Below are positions 62,112 through 64,000 of a stretch of DNA of 64,000 nucleotides, one piece after another. The stretch's first letter is position 1, and each line of letters begins with the position of its first letter. The DNA comes from Folioceros fuciformis (lineage: Eukaryota): the NCBI GenBank assembly GCA_049999805.1, contig JBNGIO010006303.1:304466-368465 (forward strand). The letters are read 5' to 3'. Both the position numbers and the translations under genes were made by a program. The notes beneath the pieces were generated by a model. That model was not told the origin of the DNA, searched no databases, and saw only the letters and a list, made by a program, of their open reading frames with translations.

Positions 62112-62936
62112 ATGTCGAATTCTTATTTCAACCACAAGCATGGCTTTAGCATTAACAATGGATTGCTCAGTGAAAGAGCTTTGCGAGATGTTTTCGAGAT
62201 CGCAAGCTATATTGATGTTGGAACAGAAGATGACCCTCTACCTTACCCAGTTAAACCCACGAAACCATCACAACTTATTGGAAAGCAATTTATGACCACA
62301 CCTGCTAAATGGGGGTCAGGAACATGTCGATCCGACACTATCATATTTCAAACTAATGACACAGTTTTTGAAAACGCTCATCCCTGGATTGCCGATGGAG
62401 ATCCTTACTTTTCGTCTAGCCGGTATGTTGATTCAGGCCAAGAGAAGAAGCTTGGCTTTTGGACCAGTGATTTCTCTAAACGAGATGAATTCAGCAACAC
62501 ACTCAGGACGGACCAGTACCGGGAACAATTACTACTCGAGGAGAAACATGCTAAGAAAACCATTGAAATGGATGCTAAGCGTCTTAAGGACCAAGGGATT
62601 AGCTTCGATATGCACAGAGTGCCAACACGATTTGATGGGCCTAAATATTTATATGACATAGGTCGAGCTGGTTTGGCAACCACAGAGCATTGTTACAGAT
62701 GTCATAAACAAACGTATTACTGCCCTCATCGTCGAGCTTACTGTAACAACAACGTCCATCTTAAGAAGGAAAGTGGCTGGGGCTATAAAACGGCATATGA
62801 GGAATATGGTAGAGGGGTAGAGACTTATAACTATGCTAAGCCAGAACATGCTAGAAAGCCCATTGTTAAGGATACGTTTTACAGAAGAGGAAATGCTTTC
62901 TTTGCAAAGAAGACACCCTCTGGGTTTTTAGCATAG
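62112..62936 (+). CDS. Putative cilia/flagella-associated protein (CFAP96/DUF4586-like), single exon
   Basis: Intact 274-aa ORF. The pattern VFEIASYIDVG...KQFMT...F...HPWIADGDPY...KKLGFWTSDFSKRDEFSNTLRTDQYREQL resembles green-algal flagellar proteins as I recall them. Family assignment unverified. Confidence 0.6.
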   Translation: MSNSYFNHKHGFSINNGLLSERALRDVFEIASYIDVGTEDDPLPYPVKPTKPSQLIGKQFMTTPAKWGSGTCRSDTIIFQTNDTVFENAHPWIADGDPYFSSSRYVDSGQEKKLGFWTSDFSKRDEFSNTLRTDQYREQLLLEEKHAKKTIEMDAKRLKDQGISFDMHRVPTRFDGPKYLYDIGRAGLATTEHCYRCHKQTYYCPHRRAYCNNNVHLKKESGWGYKTAYEEYGRGVETYNYAKPEHARKPIVKDTFYRRGNAFFAKKTPSGFLA

Positions 62937-63339
62937 AGATAGGGATGTCCATGGTTTAGGTTGCATTGTGGTGATTAGTAGTAGGTATGGATAAGAGAGT
63001 GAGTTAAGGTTTAGTAATGATAAGTAGCTTTAAGGTTGTTATTTTTTCTTGAAAGGTTTCAAGGTTGTATTTTAGCTTTTATTGGTACCATATTAGTGAG
63101 TTAAAGTTGGATGTATCACCCGGTAGAAGAGAGATACTAGTGTCCCTATGAAGGGAGATATGTGATATAATAATATTAACTTGAATCTATCTCTCTAGGA
63201 TTCCATCTAGAAAGTGCATACATATGTACATCATCAAATCTTCATGTAAAGAAGAGTATGCATTTATAAACACATTCTTCTGGACTCATATGCCTTGGAC
63301 TATCATGCTCCACAACATTCCATAGCCGTACATCCTTCT

Positions 63340-63610
63340 ATCTTTGTGGCAGTCTATAACTTTTACCCTTTTTACCTTTGTGGCAGTCCACAACTTTTGT
63401 AGCCTTCCCTGCCCTANNNNNNNNNNGTGGCAGTCCACAACTTTTGTAGCCTTCCCTGCCCTAAACTTTGGACAATCAGAATTGCAGGAATTGCAGATGC
63501 ATGCACTAGGCACGGAAAGTATCTCAACATTATGCAGTCATTACTGCCTCTTGCACTAGGCACAAAAAAGTATCTCAACATCATATGGCCATTACTGCCT
63601 ATTGCATAAG
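63340..63610. repeat. Short tandem repeats around a 10-N gap
   Basis: GTGGCAGTCCACAACTTTTGTAGCCTTCCCTGCCCTA twice plus a diverged copy. AAAGTATCTCAACAT...CATTACTGCCT.TTGCA twice. Confidence 0.8.
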
Positions 63611-64000
63611 AGCGGAGAGATGCAGAGGTTGCTAGTGCTGGACAGATGCAAAGGTTGCTAGTCCTGGAAACACGCTGCTATTATTGACATCCAAGATCAC
63701 CACATGATTCCCACAAGTAAAAGAAAACACTAGCTGTGCGTCTTGGAGGCTGCCACACTTTGCATACTTGTTCACCAAGCTGCTGGCTTAAATACGTCAG
63801 CTTCAAGTCTTCGTGCAGCTTCAACTTCCACATGCAGGTGGCAGCTCGTTTCCCATGTTGAGGGCCCACAGTTGCACATGCCTGCCGGAGGAGCACAAAA
63901 TGTGACGGAATCGGGTACAGCCATACCACATTGTTGCATGCCACAGTGAAGTAGAAGCGCCTCTTGACTCATGCTCCACTGGGAATATCCTGCAATCAGA

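Noticed and set aside
63681..64000. Short ORFs at the window end
   Set aside because: No recognisable motifs, and the context is cut by the window edge.

Overview
Eukaryotic plant nuclear DNA, most likely from a seed-free land plant with flagellated sperm, probably a bryophyte. This is inferred from the short GT-AG introns, a ciliary-type gene, a cyanobacterial-type thylakoid lumen gene and bryophyte-like TE ORFs. The first ~21 kb is a stack of decayed, nested retroelements. A full-length minus-strand Ty1/copia element (3144-14155) with non-canonical TA...TA LTR ends sits inside a TE accessory ORF, and is itself interrupted by a 3'-truncated plus-strand copia element (4456-9295). From 21.9 kb the window is gene-dense: PNGase A, zeta-toxin-type NAD kinase (NADKc), tRNA-Asn(GTT), two tandem 2-oxoglutarate/Fe(II) dioxygenases, an IMP2-like S26 protein, a Tat-type lumen protein, L-lactate dehydrogenase with a long transit-peptide-like extension, VPS18, a GT61 glycosyltransferase, an ATL RING-H2 ligase, an HNH-domain protein, a VAL B3 repressor with a U12-type intron, an orphan coiled-coil gene, a FAM136A/DUF842-like gene and a CFAP96-like gene. 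Several minisatellites are also present. I found no CRISPR array and no convincing new multi-gene system. The best leads are the lumen protein, the putative organellar LDH and the retroelement architecture. Family assignments come from recalled motifs, not database searches.
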